DNA of 64,000 bases, taken from contig DATMAM010000036.1 of the NCBI GenBank assembly GCA_035559995.1, positions 38,305 to 102,304 on the forward strand, written 5' to 3'. The first letter of the stretch is position 1. Every line of letters begins with the position of its first letter. The position numbers and the translations under genes were made by a program. Origin of the DNA: Candidatus Acidiferrales bacterium (GTDB lineage Bacteria; Desulfobacterota; Binatia; UBA9968). The notes under the pieces are model-generated. The model searched no databases, had not been told where the DNA came from, and saw nothing but the letters and a program-made list of their open reading frames with translations. Positions 49,511 to 59,871 of this stretch are shown here, piece after piece.

Positions 49511-50612
49511 TTAATTCTCGCTCACCTGAAGCAGGTAGGCCTGGATGAACTGATCCAGGTCGCCGTCGAGCACGCGATCGGCGTCGCCGACTTCGATGCC
49601 GGTGCGGTGATCCTTGACCATCCGATAAGGGTGAAGGACGTACGATCGGATCTGGCTTCCCCAGGCGATCTCTTTTTTGGTCTTGTGAAAGGTTTCCATG
49701 CGCTCGCGCTGCTTCTCGAGCTCGAGCTCGTAGAGGCGCGAGCGCAGGATCTTCATGGCCATCGCTTTGTTCTTGTGCTGCGAGCGCTCGTTCTGGCAGG
49801 CGACGACGATGCCGGTCGGCAGATGCGTGATGCGCACGGCCGAGTCCGTCTTGTTGACGTGCTGGCCGCCCGCGCCGCTGGAGCGATAAGTATCGATCCG
49901 TAAATCGGCCTCGTTAATTTCGACTTTGATGTCCTCGTCGACTTCAGGGTAGACGAACACCGACGCAAACGAGGTATGGCGCCGCGAGTTCGCGTCGAAG
50001 GGCGAGATGCGCACGAGACGGTGAATGCCCGCTTCCGCCTTTAGGTAACCGTAGGCGTACTCGCCGGTGACCATGAACGTTACGCTTTTGACCCCTGCCT
50101 CCTCGCCGGGCTGGTACTCCAAAATTTCCGTTTTGTATCCCCGGCGATCGGCGTACCGAAGGTACATGCGCAGCAGCATCTCCGCCCAGTCCTGGGCCTC
50201 GGTGCCGCCGGCGCCGGGGTGCAGGCTCACGATGGCGTTGCGCCGGTCGTCGGGACCGCCCAGGATCTGCGCCAGTTCGATTTGCGCCATCCGCTGGGTC
50301 GCCTCGCCGATCTTGGCCAGCGCCTCGCTGTGCGCCTCCTCGCTTTTTTCTTCCTCCGCCAAAGCGAGAAAAAAACGCGCCTCCTCCAGGGATTGGCGGT
50401 TCTTCTCTACCGAGTCGAGGATCGATTTGATGGCGGCTTGCTCTTTAAGGACGGACTGGGCTTTCTCGCCGTCGCTCCAAAAGTCCGGGCGCGACGCGAC
50501 CCGGTTGAGCTCTTCGAGGCGCTTTTGTTTGGCGTCCAGGTCAAAGACGCCTCCGGAGCAGCTGCAGGCGTTCGTCCAGGTGGTTCAGTTGCTCTTTGGT
50601 CTCGTCGAACAT
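49511..50612 (-). CDS. prfB: peptide chain release factor 2 (requires programmed +1 frameshift)
   Basis: Frame 0: ATG 50612 MFDETKEQLNHLDERLQLLRRRL, then TGA (50541-50543). Frame +1 continues DLDAKQKRLEELN... into ORF 49511..50362, which carries the SPF and GGQ motifs. Total 366 aa. Confidence 0.95.
50540..50554 (-). promoter_or_regulatory. RF2 autoregulatory +1 frameshift site
   Basis: Minus strand: GGAGG cgt CTT TGA C. An internal Shine-Dalgarno sits 3 nt before the CUU UGA C slippery/stop context. Confidence 0.9.
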
Positions 50613-50683
50613 TTGTTTCTCATCCGCTTTCACGTCGCCGTCTCCGCCGTCGGGAAGACGGGCGCGATGATCGAGCTAAATCA

Positions 50684-51133
50684 TTATAGCCTACAGGCGC
50701 GCTTGCGGGAAAGCGCCGCGAGCAATCTCCTTTCCAGAGAGCGCATGATCCGCTCGTCCTTGCGCGAGCGCTCGTGATCGTACCCCAGAAGATGGAGGAT
50801 GCCGTGGGTCAAAAGCCAATCGACTTCACGGTTCAAGCGGTTGCGCTTGGCGCGCGCTTGCTTTTGCGCCTGCTCGAGCGAGATCACCACATCGCCGAGG
50901 AGCTTGCCCCCGCCGGGCAGCCTTTCGTCCAGCGGAAACGACAGCACGTCGGTGGGCGCGTTCTTGCCGCGAAATCTCTGGTTGAGGGCGCGCATCGCGT
51001 CGTTGTTGACGAAAAGGACACTCAGCTCGGAGCGCGCCTCGCCCAGCCGGGCCAGTATCGTTTGCGCCTGCCGCCTCACCCTCGCCAGGGAAACTTGAGG
51101 GTCAGCGCTTTCGCTGCGGACGTGGACGGCCAA
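50684..51133 (-). CDS. ybeY: rRNA maturation endoribonuclease YbeY
   Basis: HGILHLLGYDHE zinc motif. 149 aa. Confidence 0.9.
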   Translation of the reverse strand: MAVHVRSESADPQVSLARVRRQAQTILARLGEARSELSVLFVNNDAMRALNQRFRGKNAPTDVLSFPLDERLPGGGKLLGDVVISLEQAQKQARAKRNRLNREVDWLLTHGILHLLGYDHERSRKDERIMRSLERRLLAALSRKRACRL

Positions 51134-51263
51134 GGTGATTTCCTGAGAGTTCTCCCGATGGCAAAGAGCCCGCAGTTCCCGCGGAGCGCCGGTGACGAAC
51201 GGCCGTATCGCGGCCGCTATCCTGACGCTGCCGCAGGCTTCGACCCATTGTCCTTTGACGCGC

Positions 51264-52249
<986 letters not shown>

Positions 52250-52253
<4 letters not shown>

Positions 52254-52675
52254 TCGCTTTCTCCGAGAAGCTCCAGGACGACCTCCCGCCGGCGGGGCCG
52301 GTTGTCGAAATCGACAAGGATGATCTGCTGCCAGGTCCCCAAGGCGAGCCGCCCGTTTTCGATCGGGACCTGGAGCGACGGCCCCAGCAGCGAGGCGCGC
52401 AGATGGGCAAAACCGTTGTCGTCGCCCCAGCGGTCGTCGTGGTGGTACTTGCGATTGGACGGGATGATCGTTTCGAAGAACTCTTTGAGGTCCTGGATCA
52501 GGCCGGGCTCGTACTCCACGGTGGTAAGGGCCGCGGTCGAGCCAAAGACAAAAAGCGCGGCCAGCCCGCGCGCGATGCGTTCGCTCGCGACCGCCTGCTC
52601 AACCTTCGGCGTGAGATCGATGATGTCGCAGAATCCTTGAGTCTCTTCGACGAGCCTGCGGGTGTGAATTCTCAT
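52250..52675 (-). CDS. yjbQ: YjbQ/UPF0047 family protein (secondary thiamine-phosphate synthase)
   Basis: 141 aa. HTTAALT-like STAALTTVEYEPG, and NGFAHLRASLLGPS...GTWQQI. Confidence 0.85.
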
Positions 52676-52715
52676 TCAAAAAGAGCGAACCAAAACCGCG
52701 CGTCCGCCACCGGCG

Positions 52716-55352
52716 TCATTTGGCTTGCTTGATGATCTGTTCCGCGCGCCGCAACGCCTCATCGACACGCGCGGGGTCCTTGCCGCCGGCCTGGGCAAAG
52801 TCGGGCCGACCGCCGCCGCCGCCGCCGACCACTGCGGCGATCTCCTTCACAATGTTTCCCGCATGAAAGCGCGCCGTCAGATCCTTGCTGACCGAAGAAA
52901 CGAGACTCACATTGCCGTCCGTCGCGCTGGCGAGCACGACCACGCCCGAGCCCATCCTTTCCTTGATCCGGTCGGCGATCTCTCGCAGCTGCTTCCCGTC
53001 GAGACCTTCAAGCCGGCCGATCAGGACCTGCGCGCCGTTGATGGTCTGGCGCTTCTTGAGCAGCTCCGGAATCTGCTGGTGGCTGAGCTCCGCGTTCAGC
53101 CGCGCGATTTCTTTTTCCATCTCGCGCTGCTGCTTGAGGAGCCTGCGCACCTTCTCGGCGGTTTCATCCACGCCGCCGCGCAACAGCTCGCTGATCTCTT
53201 TGAGACGGGACTCGTATTGGCGGATGAGCTCCAGCGCCCCCGCGCCGGTGACCGCCTCGATTCTCCTTACGCCAGCGGCGATGCCGGCCTCGGCCTGGAG
53301 CTTGAAAATGCCGATCTCGCCGCTGCGGCCCACGTGGGTGCCGCCGCACAGCTCGGTGGAAAAATCTCCGATCTGAACCACGCGCACGCGCTCGCCGTAC
53401 TTCTCGCCGAAGAACGCGAGCGCGCCCTTTTGCATCGCCTCGTCGTAGCTGGTTTCGGCAATGCGCACTTCGGCGTCGCTGCGGATCCGCTCGTTGACGA
53501 TCTCTTCGATTTCGCCGAGCTCTTCCGGCGGGATCCCGCCCGGGTGGCTGAAGTCGAAGCGGAGCCGGTCGGGCGCGACGAGCGAGCCGGCCTGGCGCAC
53601 GTGGGCTCCCAGCCGCTCGCGCAGCACCGCGTGCAAGATGTGGGTCGCCGAATGGTTGAGCTTCGTGCGCTGGCGGTGAGCCGCGTCGACTCGAAGATGG
53701 ACGCGATCGCCCACTTGCACGCGCCCTTTTTTGACGCGTCCTTTATGGACGGTGAGCTGGGGCGTCGGGTGCTGGGTGTCGAAAATCTCGATCCAATCGC
53801 CGCGCGCGGTCTCGATGACTCCGCGATCGCCCACCTGGCCGCCGGACTCTCCGTAGAAGGGCGTCTCCGCGGTGAGAAGATCGATTTCTTCGCCTTCGCC
53901 GGCCTCCGGCTTGCCGCTCCCGCGAGCGTAGATCGCAAGCACGGTGGATTCGGCGTCGAGCCGGTCGTAGCCTACGAAGCGGACGGGGTTTTCGAGCTGA
54001 AAGCCAAAGTCCGTTTGCGCGACCTGCCGGGCCTCGCGCGCGCGCGTTCGCTGCTCCTCCATGTGCTTCTCAAAGCCCGCGCGATCGACCGTCATGCCTT
54101 CGGCGCTCAGCATGTCCTCGGTTAAATCCAGCGGAAAGCCGTACGTGTCGTACAGGCGAAAGGCGATCTCGCCGGGGAAGACGGTTTGGCCGGCGCGCTT
54201 CAGCTCGCCCGCGGCTTGCTCCAGCAGGCCGAGGCCTTTTTCCAGGGTCTCGGCGAACCGCTGCTCCTCGCCCTCGATCGTGTCGCGGACGCGCCGGCTC
54301 GCCTCGCGCAGCTCGGGATAGGCATCCCCCATGACTTCCTGGACCGTCGCCGCGACCCGATGGAGAAACGGTTCGGTCAATCCCAGCATCCGGCCGTGAC
54401 GCGCCGCGCGCCGAAGCAGCCGTCGGAGCACGTAGCCGCGACCCTCGTTGGACGGGACGACGCCGTCGGCGATCAGAAACGCGACGGCGCGCGCGTGATC
54501 GGCGATGACGCGGAACGAGACATCGGCGTCCGCGCTGGCGCCGTACTGCTTTCCTGCGAGGGCCTCGGCGGTCCGGATCAGCGCGCGCATGTAATCGATG
54601 TCGTAGTTGGAGAGCACGCCTTGCAGCACCGCCGTGATCCGCTCCATGCCCATGCCCGTGTCGACGTGTTTGGCGGGCAGCTCTTGCAGCTCGCCGCGCT
54701 CGTTGCGGTTGTACTGGATGAAGACGAGATTCCAAAGCTCGATAAAACGGGCGCAGCCGCCGTTCACCATGCAGCGATGGCCTTTGGCCATTTTGCGATC
54801 GCAGGCTTCGCTCCCGCGATCGAGGTGGATTTCCGTGCACGGGCCGCAGGGGCCGGTTTCGCCCATTTCCCAGAAATTTTCCTTCTCCCCGAAGCGCAGA
54901 ATCCGCTCGGTCGGGATGCCCGTGATCTTGACCCAGAGCCGCTCGGCCTCGTCGTCGTCGAGGTAAACGGTTGCCCAGAGACGCTCCCTGTCGAGTCCCC
55001 ATTCGCGGGTCAGTAGCTCCCAGGCCCAGGCGATCGCCTCCGCCTTGTAATAATCGCCAAAGGACCAGTTCCCGAGCATTTCAAAGAACGTGTGATGGTA
55101 AGTGTCGCGGCCCACCGCCTCGAGATCGTTGTGCTTGCCGCTGATGCGCAGGCATTTCTGCGCGCTCGCGGCGCGCGCGTACGAAGGCCGCTCGATCCCG
55201 AGAAAGATGTTCTTGAACTGGACCATCCCGGCGTTGGTGAAAAGCAAGGTCGGGTCGTTCTCCGGCACCAGGGACGAGCTTCTCACCGGCGTATGCCCCT
55301 GCCTGACGAAATAGTCCAGGAAGGATTTTCTTATGTCGTTGCCGCTGAGCAT
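52716..55352 (-). CDS. alaS: alanine--tRNA ligase
   Basis: 878 aa. FTNAGMVQFK, HHTFFEMLGNWSFGDYYK, editing-domain HSATHILH, and the C-terminal GGGGGRPDFAQAGG. Confidence 0.97.
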   Translation of the reverse strand: MLSGNDIRKSFLDYFVRQGHTPVRSSSLVPENDPTLLFTNAGMVQFKNIFLGIERPSYARAASAQKCLRISGKHNDLEAVGRDTYHHTFFEMLGNWSFGDYYKAEAIAWAWELLTREWGLDRERLWATVYLDDDEAERLWVKITGIPTERILRFGEKENFWEMGETGPCGPCTEIHLDRGSEACDRKMAKGHRCMVNGGCARFIELWNLVFIQYNRNERGELQELPAKHVDTGMGMERITAVLQGVLSNYDIDYMRALIRTAEALAGKQYGASADADVSFRVIADHARAVAFLIADGVVPSNEGRGYVLRRLLRRAARHGRMLGLTEPFLHRVAATVQEVMGDAYPELREASRRVRDTIEGEEQRFAETLEKGLGLLEQAAGELKRAGQTVFPGEIAFRLYDTYGFPLDLTEDMLSAEGMTVDRAGFEKHMEEQRTRAREARQVAQTDFGFQLENPVRFVGYDRLDAESTVLAIYARGSGKPEAGEGEEIDLLTAETPFYGESGGQVGDRGVIETARGDWIEIFDTQHPTPQLTVHKGRVKKGRVQVGDRVHLRVDAAHRQRTKLNHSATHILHAVLRERLGAHVRQAGSLVAPDRLRFDFSHPGGIPPEELGEIEEIVNERIRSDAEVRIAETSYDEAMQKGALAFFGEKYGERVRVVQIGDFSTELCGGTHVGRSGEIGIFKLQAEAGIAAGVRRIEAVTGAGALELIRQYESRLKEISELLRGGVDETAEKVRRLLKQQREMEKEIARLNAELSHQQIPELLKKRQTINGAQVLIGRLEGLDGKQLREIADRIKERMGSGVVVLASATDGNVSLVSSVSKDLTARFHAGNIVKEIAAVVGGGGGGRPDFAQAGGKDPARVDEALRRAEQIIKQAK

Positions 55353-55400
55353 TTAATCGGTTGTGGTTTCGTGTTTTAGTACCTGCGCTACCGGTAACTC

Positions 55401-55610
55401 TTATCCCTTCCAATGTCGCTTCGCTCTGCTGACGATGTCGTCGATTGTCTGACCGCGATACAGCTGGCGAGAGATTTTGACATAATCCGTTGGCTCGCGA
55501 CTTATGAGGGCCAGAAACCGCGAGGTAGAAACCGGTCCGAGAGCCCTGTTCAAGGCTTCCATCCCAATGATTCTTATCTCCGCATCGTTAATTTTTTTTG
55601 CCTCCGCCAT
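55401..55610 (-). CDS. small hypothetical protein (69 aa) in a low-GC insert
   Basis: MAEAKKINDAEIRIIGMEALNRALGPVSTSRFLALISREPTDYVKISRQLYRGQTIDDIVSRAKRHWKG. Normal composition. A short ORF ends 3 nt upstream. I cannot assign a family. Confidence 0.5.
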   Translation of the reverse strand: MAEAKKINDAEIRIIGMEALNRALGPVSTSRFLALISREPTDYVKISRQLYRGQTIDDIVSRAKRHWKG

Positions 55611-55787
55611 TTGCTATGCTTCTTTAATGTAATCTACAGGATTCATGATCGCCAACTCAAGGTCCAAAGGCTGAACCTGCCTGATCGGTCTGTCATTTGT
55701 AGTCGAGGTAAAGTAGATGCACATCGCGCATTTCGATGGCCTCGGACGCGCTATTTCTACCAAAAAGTCATATGCCGGAAATTCAGT

Positions 55788-56258
55788 CTAATCATTGTCG
55801 AATGACTGCAGAAAAATGGCTGCAATTGCGGAATCCCGATAGCCGCGACCTTGCAGAAAGTTTATGGCACGCCGAAGAATTTTTGGTCTGGTCAGATCTT
55901 GGTGGCCGAATTTTTTCTCGAGGAGCAGTTTTGCTCTCCGCGTTTCCCCCTCCCCCCTGAATGTTTCTTCTAGAATCTGGCTGATCACGGACGGCGCGAT
56001 GCCTTTCTGGCGTAGTTCCCTGTCCACGCGCAACGGTCCATAGCCCCGGCCCTCGATTCGGCTCAGCGCCCAGTTGCGCGCGAAGCTTTCGTCGTCCAGC
56101 AGGCGCAAAGACGTGAGCTTTTTCAGGGCCGAGTCGATCGCGGGTTGGGAAAATCCGAGCTGGGTCAACTTGGCGCGGACCTCGGCTTCGCTGCGCGCCC
56201 GCTGGCGCAGCCAGCGCACCGCGCATTCGTAGGCGGTGGCAGCTCGGCCGCCTCTCAT
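55788..56258 (-). CDS. recX: recombination regulator RecX
   Basis: Three-repeat RecX pattern ([15 protein letters not shown]...[12 protein letters not shown]...[16 protein letters not shown]). The start overlaps the recA stop (ATGA). Confidence 0.85.
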   Translation of the reverse strand: MRGGRAATAYECAVRWLRQRARSEAEVRAKLTQLGFSQPAIDSALKKLTSLRLLDDESFARNWALSRIEGRGYGPLRVDRELRQKGIAPSVISQILEETFRGEGETRRAKLLLEKKFGHQDLTRPKILRRAINFLQGRGYRDSAIAAIFLQSFDND

Positions 56259-57304
56259 CTGGCGCGCGGCTTTTCCTTCTGCGGAGCCGCTGGGGCCGCC
56301 TCCGGCGCCGGGCGCCTCAAGCCCGCTTTGGCGAGAATCTTCTCGGAGATTTCCTTGGCTGTGTTCGGGTGGGAGCGGAGAAACTCTTTGGCGCTTTCGC
56401 GGCCCTGGCCGATTCTCTCGTTGTTGAACGAGTACCAGGCGCCGCTTTTTTCCAGCACGCCCAAATCGCTTCCGAGATCGACGAGCTCGCCTTCGCGCGA
56501 AATTCCGGTGCCGTAGAGAATGTCGAACTCGGCTTCCTTGAAGGGAGGGGCGAGTTTATTCTTGACGATCTTGACGCGCGTGCGGCCGCCGACGATGGTG
56601 TCGCCCTCTTTGAGGGCGCCGGTGCGGCGGATGTCCATGCGGATCGAAGCGTAAAATTTCAGCGCGTTGCCGCCGGTGGTCGTCTCCGGGTTGCCGAACA
56701 TCACGCCGATCTTCATGCGGATCTGATTGATAAAGATGACGACGCTTTGGGAGCGGGAGATCGTCGCGGTGAGCTTGCGCAGGGCCTGCGACATGAGGCG
56801 CGCCTGCAGGCCCATGTGCGCGTCGCCCATCTCGCCCTCGATCTCCGCCTTCGGTACCAGCGCGGCGACCGAATCGATCACCAGCACGTCGATGGCCCCG
56901 CTTCGAACCAGGGTTTCCGCGATCTCCAACGCCTGCTCGCCGTGATCGGGCTGCGAGATGAGGAGCTCGTCCGTCTTCACGCCGAGCCTTTTCGCATAGT
57001 TCAAATCGAGCGCGTGCTCCGCGTCGATGAACGCGGCCATGCCGCCCCGAGCCTGGGCCTCCGCGAGGATGTGGAGCGCGAGCGTGGTTTTCCCCGACGC
57101 TTCCGGGCCGTAAATTTCGATCACGCGGCCGCGCGGCACGCCGCCGATCCCGAGCGCGATGTCCAGGCCCAACGACCCGGTCGAGATCACCTCGACATCT
57201 TTGACGAGCCCGCCTTCGCCCAGACGCATGATCGCGCCCTTGCCGAACTGCCGCTCGATTTGACTTACGGCCAGATCGATCGCCTTTTCTCGATTCGCAT
57301 CCAT
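56255..57304 (-). CDS. recA: recombinase RecA
   Basis: [61 protein letters not shown]. Confidence 0.98.
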   Translation of the reverse strand: MDANREKAIDLAVSQIERQFGKGAIMRLGEGGLVKDVEVISTGSLGLDIALGIGGVPRGRVIEIYGPEASGKTTLALHILAEAQARGGMAAFIDAEHALDLNYAKRLGVKTDELLISQPDHGEQALEIAETLVRSGAIDVLVIDSVAALVPKAEIEGEMGDAHMGLQARLMSQALRKLTATISRSQSVVIFINQIRMKIGVMFGNPETTTGGNALKFYASIRMDIRRTGALKEGDTIVGGRTRVKIVKNKLAPPFKEAEFDILYGTGISREGELVDLGSDLGVLEKSGAWYSFNNERIGQGRESAKEFLRSHPNTAKEISEKILAKAGLRRPAPEAAPAAPQKEKPRAR

Positions 57305-57376
57305 CGTGCTCCTCCTATCCCTGCTGCGCTCGGGGTGGCAAAACCTGTCCTGAGCCGGTCGAAGGACAGATGTCAG

Positions 57377-57407
57377 ATTATGTCAATCTCAGAATCTCAG
57401 GTCTCAA
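57377..57407 (-). promoter_or_regulatory. possible recA promoter (extended -10)
   Basis: Minus strand: TTGAGA, 19-nt spacer, TGACATAAT (TGn plus CATAAT). It overlaps the ATCTCAR repeat array. The spacer is longer than optimal. Confidence 0.35.
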
Positions 57408-57455
57408 ATGATCTCAAATCTCAGATGCCAAATGAACCTATGCGGCATCTGAGAT
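57386..57455. repeat. AT-rich ATCTCA(G/A) repeat array ending in a 12-bp perfect inverted repeat
   Basis: Direct copies at 57386, 57394, 57401, 57411 and 57418. ATCTCAGATGCC (57418-57429) pairs with GGCATCTGAGAT (57444-57455). A further palindrome, ATCGCAGATTGCGAT, lies at 57488-57502. Confidence 0.75.
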
Positions 57456-57517
57456 GGGCAATTTGCAACCGCGCGGCGCGGGCCGGAATCGCAGATTGCG
57501 ATCTCCGTGCCGGCGGA

Positions 57518-58090
57518 TTATCCCTGTGGCGGCGCTGCTAAATGAAAAAGCTCGAGCTCGGAATAGACGGCGCCCCCGGGCCGCAACGTGCTCTGAAAGA
57601 GAATCACTTCTTTCACAAGCGAATTGCCGAAGTTTTCTTCTTTCCAGCGCTCCAGTTCGGCGCGCACATTCACGCTGGCTTTCGCCGCCTCGCGCCAGCG
57701 ACCGAGCGTCAAGTGGGGCCTGAACGGCCGCTCCTCGCGCTCAAACCCCGCGGCTTCCATTTTCTGTTCGACGGCCATGGCCAAAGGCTCGAGCTTGTCG
57801 GAACCCAGGCCGACCCACAGGACGCGCGGTCTTCTTATATCAGGAAACACGCCTATTCCTCTAGCAGAAACGACAAACGGGCAAAAATCGCCAAGCAGTT
57901 CTCTTAGCGCCTGCGCGACGCGGGGAATTCTCTCTTCGGCCACCGGGCCCAGGAACTTGAGCGTGAAGTGAAAGTTCGCCTGCTCGACCCAGCGCACGCC
58001 AGGGATGCGCTCCCGGAGTTGGCGCTGGACGTCGGCGATCTTGGCTGTGACTTCCGGCTCGAGTCGAACCCCGATAAAGGCGCGAATCAT
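57518..58090 (-). CDS. thpR: RNA 2',3'-cyclic phosphodiesterase (2H family, LigT/ThpR)
   Basis: Two HxT motifs (HFTLKFLG and HLTLGR). 190 aa. Confidence 0.85.
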   Translation of the reverse strand: MIRAFIGVRLEPEVTAKIADVQRQLRERIPGVRWVEQANFHFTLKFLGPVAEERIPRVAQALRELLGDFCPFVVSARGIGVFPDIRRPRVLWVGLGSDKLEPLAMAVEQKMEAAGFEREERPFRPHLTLGRWREAAKASVNVRAELERWKEENFGNSLVKEVILFQSTLRPGGAVYSELELFHLAAPPQG

Positions 58091-58110
58091 CCTCGCTACG
58101 CTCGGGATTG

Positions 58111-58146
58111 CAAATTGCAGATCTCAAATGATCTCAAATTCAGATT
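58111..58146. repeat. second copy of the ATCTCAA repeat block
   Basis: tctcaaatgatctcaaat (58122-58139) is identical to 57402-57419. It is preceded by TTGCAAATTGC, the reverse complement of GCAATTTGCAA at 57459-57469. Confidence 0.7.
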
Positions 58147-58187
58147 TTGCTGTTTCAACGGGTTTGCAATCGCTGCCTGGGAAGCGC

Positions 58188-59420
58188 TCAAAGCAGGACT
58201 GATCTAAGCCAGTAAAGCGCCGCCTGCGAAGCGCCCGCGATAACGCGCTCGCGGTCGCCGGCAAAGTGGAAGTTGCGGCACTCCGTTCCGCCCGGATGAT
58301 CGATGCCGATCCATACCGTCCCTACCGGCGTTGCCGCGGTTCCTCCGGTTGGGCCGGCAATCCCCGTGACGCTGACGCCGACATCGGCTGCGGCCTGCCG
58401 GCGGACGGCAACCGCCATCTCTCGAGCCGTTTCGGCGCTCACGGGACCGTGCTCATCGAGCGTGGCCTGCGCGACGCCAAGCGTGAGCTTGGCTTCGTTG
58501 GAGTAGGTGACCGCGCCGCCTCTGTAGTAAGCCGAGCTTCCAGCAACCCGAGTGATGCGGTGGCTTAGATAACCCCCGGTGCAGGATTCGGCCAAAGCCA
58601 GGCTCCAGCCCTTTTTGAGCAATAGACGGCCGACGATTTCCTCCAATGTTTCATCAGTCTCCGCGTAAATGTGGGGGCCGACGCGAGCGCGGATCTCGCG
58701 CGCAAGCTCGCGAGTTAATTTTTCGCGTTCCCCCGACCCTCTCACGCTCACCCTGAGCGTAAGGTCGGGGTAGTGGACGCGAAAGGATAGCCGCGCCGAT
58801 TCGGGCAAGCGGATATCCTGAAGCGCGTGGTCCAGCCTGGATTCCGTAAGCCCATAGATCTTAAAAGTTAAAGTCGAAATCTCCTCGCCCGCTCCCCTCT
58901 GTTTGACGATCCACGGTAAAACGGTCTCTTTCAGCATCGCTTCCATCTCGCGCGGCACGCCGGGCAACCAAAAGAGCGTCTTGTTGCCGTTAAGAGCAAG
59001 GCGAAACCCCGGGGCCGCGCCTACGGGATTGGGCACGACCTCGGCTCCTTCCGGAAGCAGAGCCTGCTTCTCGTTGTTCGGGGTCCAGGCTTGGCCGCGC
59101 GCCTGTGCCCGCCGCTTGAGACTCTCGACGATATCGCGGTGCAATATCAAGCCCCGGCCGGCGAAGGCGGCCACCGTTTCGTTCGTGAGATCGTCGGCCG
59201 TGGGCCCCAAGCCGCCGGTGCCGATAATGAGCTCGCCGAGGCCGGCGGCTTGCCCGAGCGCCCACAAAATCTTGTCCCTATCGTCGCCGACCTTCAGGAC
59301 GGCAACGACGAGGATTCCCAAGGCGTAAAGCTCCTGTGCGATGTAGGCGGAGTTTGTGTCCACGACCCGCCCCGTGGTGAGCTCATCGCCCGTGCTAAGC
59401 AAAACGGCCCGTTCGATCAA
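58188..59420 (-). CDS. cinA: competence/damage-inducible protein CinA (MoCF-binding plus PncC deamidase domains)
   Basis: LSTGDELTTGRVVDTNSAYIA, TGGLGPTADDLT, and C-terminal ESCTGG...GVSVTGIAGP. TTG start at 59420 overlaps the pgpA stop. Confidence 0.9.
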   Translation of the reverse strand: MIERAVLLSTGDELTTGRVVDTNSAYIAQELYALGILVVAVLKVGDDRDKILWALGQAAGLGELIIGTGGLGPTADDLTNETVAAFAGRGLILHRDIVESLKRRAQARGQAWTPNNEKQALLPEGAEVVPNPVGAAPGFRLALNGNKTLFWLPGVPREMEAMLKETVLPWIVKQRGAGEEISTLTFKIYGLTESRLDHALQDIRLPESARLSFRVHYPDLTLRVSVRGSGEREKLTRELAREIRARVGPHIYAETDETLEEIVGRLLLKKGWSLALAESCTGGYLSHRITRVAGSSAYYRGGAVTYSNEAKLTLGVAQATLDEHGPVSAETAREMAVAVRRQAAADVGVSVTGIAGPTGGTAATPVGTVWIGIDHPGGTECRNFHFAGDRERVIAGASQAALYWLRSVLL

Positions 59421-59860
59421 AGCAGTTCCCAGTAGAGGACGACGCGCAAAATCAAGAGGGTATACAGACCGGCGACCAGATCGTCGAGCAGGACCCCATT
59501 TTCGCGCCGCTCGAGGAGCGCCGCGGGAAACACTTTCATAATATCGAAAAAGCGGAACAGAAGGAAAGCAAGCGCAAGCGTCTTGTACGTGGGCGGCACC
59601 TGGAAGGTTGCAAGCAAAAAGCCCGCAATCTCGTCAATGACGATCTTTTGGCTGTCCTTTTCCCCGAAGATTTTTTCTCCCAGGCGGCAGAGCGAAGCGG
59701 CGGCGATGAGAAAGAGCGCAAACAGAAGCGCGCCAGCGTAAGGGAAAGGCGCCGCGATGCTATTGAGCAAAACCGAAAGCGGAACGGCAACCAGCGTCCC
59801 GGCGGTTCCGGGCGCGTAACGGAAGTAGCCTGCGCCCGCGCCGGTGATGATAAAAGCCAG
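59417..59860 (-). CDS. pgpA: phosphatidylglycerophosphatase A (5' end uncertain; no canonical start codon upstream of the conserved motif)
   Basis: The tracked ORF starts at TTG 59770. The in-frame upstream sequence LAFIITGAGAGYFRYAPGTAGTLVAVPLSV carries the PgpA N-terminal G-x-G...APGT motif, so I provisionally extend to CTG 59860. C-terminal part: VIDEIAG...FRFFDI.K..P. Confidence 0.65.
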   Translation of the reverse strand: MAFIITGAGAGYFRYAPGTAGTLVAVPLSVLLNSIAAPFPYAGALLFALFLIAAASLCRLGEKIFGEKDSQKIVIDEIAGFLLATFQVPPTYKTLALAFLLFRFFDIMKVFPAALLERRENGVLLDDLVAGLYTLLILRVVLYWELL

Positions 59861-59871
59861 CGTGCCGTTAC

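Noticed and set aside
57345-57369. E. coli-type LexA box (CTGT...ACAG) upstream of recA
   Set aside because: The spacing is CTGT-N17-ACAG rather than N8, so it does not fit the gammaproteobacterial SOS box. I kept it only as a hairpin and shared motif (see findings).
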